Positions 24,464 to 32,000 of a stretch of 32,000 nucleotides of DNA are shown one piece after another; within the stretch, counting starts at the first letter, position 1, and each line of letters starts with the position of its first letter. Position numbers and translations under genes: made by a program. The stretch is from contig CP001848.1 in NCBI GenBank assembly GCA_000025185.1, positions 240,001-272,000 on the forward strand, in the 5' to 3' direction. The stretch comes from Pirellula staleyi DSM 6068 (lineage in GTDB: Bacteria > Planctomycetota > Planctomycetia > Pirellulales > Pirellulaceae). Under the pieces are notes generated by a model. The model ran no database searches and was not told the origin of the DNA. It saw only the letters and a program-made list of their open reading frames with translations.

Positions 24464-25555
24464 ATGCACCCGAAGTCGCTGAAAATCTTCTGCGATATCG
24501 TGCGCAGCCGAAGCTTTTCGCGCGCGGCGAGCGAGCATGGCATTTCGCAATCGCGAGCCAGTCAGATTGTCGATCAGCTGGAGGAACATCTCGGCGTGCT
24601 GCTGCTCGATCGGACGACCCGTCCGCTCGGCCTCACTCCCGAGGGAGAAGTCTATTACGAAGGTTGTCGCCGACTTGTCGCGCGCTACTTCGTGCTGGAA
24701 GAACAAGTCCGCACACTGCACCAGGAAGTCGCCGGACGCGTGAGTGTCGCCTCGATCTACTCGATCGGGCTGTCGCACATGAATCGGATCGTGCAGAACT
24801 TTCTGAAGCAGTATCCCAAGGCCAACGTGCGGCTGCAGTATCAGCATCCCCATCGCGTGATCGAAATGGTCGAAAACGACCAGGTCGATCTCGGTCTGGT
24901 GAGCTATCCCAAGTCGTCGCGCTCGATCAAAGCCACAGTCTGGCGTGAAGAGCCGATGGTGCTCGTCTGCAGCCCGACCCATCCTCTCGCCAAGCGTGAG
25001 AGTGTGAGTCTCGACGAACTCGACGGCCTGGAACTCGTCGGCTTCGATCCCGATCTCGAGATTCGTCACGAAATCGATCGCGCCCTCGCCTCGCACAATG
25101 TCGAGATGCGGATTGCGATGGAGTTCGACAACACCGAAACGATTAAGCAAGCGGTCGAAATCAACGCTGGCGTCAGCCTGCTGCCGCGCCCCACGGTCGA
25201 TCGCGAAGTGCTTGCTAAAACACTGGTAGCCATTCCGCTGTCGGGCATCGAACTCAAACGCCCGATTGGCATCATTTGTGCGCGTGGCAAAGAACTGGGG
25301 AGCACGGCTCAGCGGTTCATGCAACTGCTGCTGAGTCAGCCCGAAGTGCCACGCGAAATTCAATTGGACGAAGAGAGCGAACTTGCGCATCTCGACGATC
25401 GCGCATCCGCCTCGCAGCTTGCGAATCATTCCACGTCCGATGAACTCGCCGATCACGGCGCTACGGAACCAGGCGAGTTGGCGACATCGTCAGCTGCCAG
25501 TTCGAGTCTCGCGTCGCTCGCATCAGCGGCGTCTGCCAAAACAACTTCCTCGTAA
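24464..25555 (+). CDS. LysR-family transcriptional regulator with a low-complexity C-terminal tail
   Basis: ATG 24464 (MHPKSLKIFCDIVRSRSFSRAASEHGISQSRASQIVDQLEEHLGVLLLDRTTRPLGLTPEG) gives a canonical LysR HTH. The track start is a TTG at 24446. A periplasmic-binding-protein-like effector domain follows. The last 63 aa (25364-25552) are rich in Ser, Ala, Asp and Glu. Confidence 0.9.
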   Translation: MHPKSLKIFCDIVRSRSFSRAASEHGISQSRASQIVDQLEEHLGVLLLDRTTRPLGLTPEGEVYYEGCRRLVARYFVLEEQVRTLHQEVAGRVSVASIYSIGLSHMNRIVQNFLKQYPKANVRLQYQHPHRVIEMVENDQVDLGLVSYPKSSRSIKATVWREEPMVLVCSPTHPLAKRESVSLDELDGLELVGFDPDLEIRHEIDRALASHNVEMRIAMEFDNTETIKQAVEINAGVSLLPRPTVDREVLAKTLVAIPLSGIELKRPIGIICARGKELGSTAQRFMQLLLSQPEVPREIQLDEESELAHLDDRASASQLANHSTSDELADHGATEPGELATSSAASSSLASLASAASAKTTSS

Positions 25556-25624
25556 CCATCTGGCTCGCGAGGATGCTGGAGCAATCGGCTCCACGACTTG
25601 CGGGTCGCACTGTCAGGTGAACGC

Positions 25625-31715
<6,091 letters not shown>

Positions 31716-31906
31716 GGAAGGGGTCAGAGAATAGAGGTCAGAGGCCAGATGTAGGGCCGGTTCCACCGGCCGACTTGCACTCACTGTTTACGAATCGACT
31801 TCTTCACCCCAGGTTGCTCGCAACCTGGGTTTACAAGAGGCATCGACAACTCGACTCCCCTGCTCCATTACCTCCCGCCTAATCTTCCAATCTAACAACA
31901 TCCCAA

Positions 31907-31943
31907 GGGAAGCTTTCTTTAAACAAGAGAGCTTCCCTTTTTT
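31907..31943 (+). terminator. Rho-independent terminator downstream of gltBD
   Basis: gggaagctttct (31907-31918) pairs with agagagcttccc (31926-31937): 11 bp with one mismatch and a 7-nt loop. TTTTTT (31938-31943) follows. Confidence 0.7.
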
Positions 31944-32000
31944 GTGACTAAATCCCTAGCGACCATAGGTCCATAACACCTTATCGATCAGTCGTGGCGT

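Noticed and set aside
24398-25456. A 352-aa ORF antisense to the LysR gene.
   Set aside because: The + strand frame has an unmistakable LysR HTH and effector domain. The antisense product has no recognisable features.
25587-25601. A sigma-54-like GG...TTGC element (ggctccacgacttgc) just upstream of gltB, attractive for a nitrogen-assimilation operon.
   Set aside because: There are 11 nt between the GG and the GC, against 10 in the -24/-12 consensus. The flanking TGGCAC-type bases are also poor. A second candidate at 25561-25576 has the same spacing defect.

Overview
This looks like an ordinary chromosomal window from a Planctomycetota (Pirellulales-like) genome. That origin is inferred only from gene content: a PSCyt/DUF1549/DUF1553 + DUF1501 pair, a second DUF1501, a DUF1559 'H-X9-DG' pseudopilin-like protein, a sulfatase, and many Sec/Tat/lipobox signal peptides. 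GC is in the high 50s % by eye, not computed.

I support 21 protein-coding genes.
- **Housekeeping anchors:** gluQ, an M32 carboxypeptidase, and a co-directional LysR-gltB-gltD block.
- **Start codons:** the ORF track uses ATG/GTG/TTG starts, and several calls were trimmed to internal ATGs that have signal peptides or SD-like motifs.
- **Not found by eye:** rRNA, tRNA, CRISPR array, transposase/integrase, prophage genes or recognisable defence genes.
- **Spurious ORFs:** many long ORFs antisense to real genes are treated as GC-driven artefacts.

I could not identify a clear-cut new multi-gene system. The best candidates for follow-up are:
1. A two-gene secreted module at 8553-11867. It encodes a DUF4214-headed protein with four degenerate helical modules, followed by a LolA-like/thioredoxin-fold fusion with a monothiol CVPS site.
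2. A stand-alone HHxxxDG condensation-type acyltransferase with no carrier or adenylation partner, divergent from a zinc-ribbon membrane protein (19006-21278).
3. A branched hairpin plus U-tract in a 517-nt gene-free region upstream of gluQ (853-945).
4. A 13-bp perfect inverted repeat bracketing the predicted promoter of the LysR gene upstream of gltBD.

All functional calls rest on motif recognition by eye. No database search was run.
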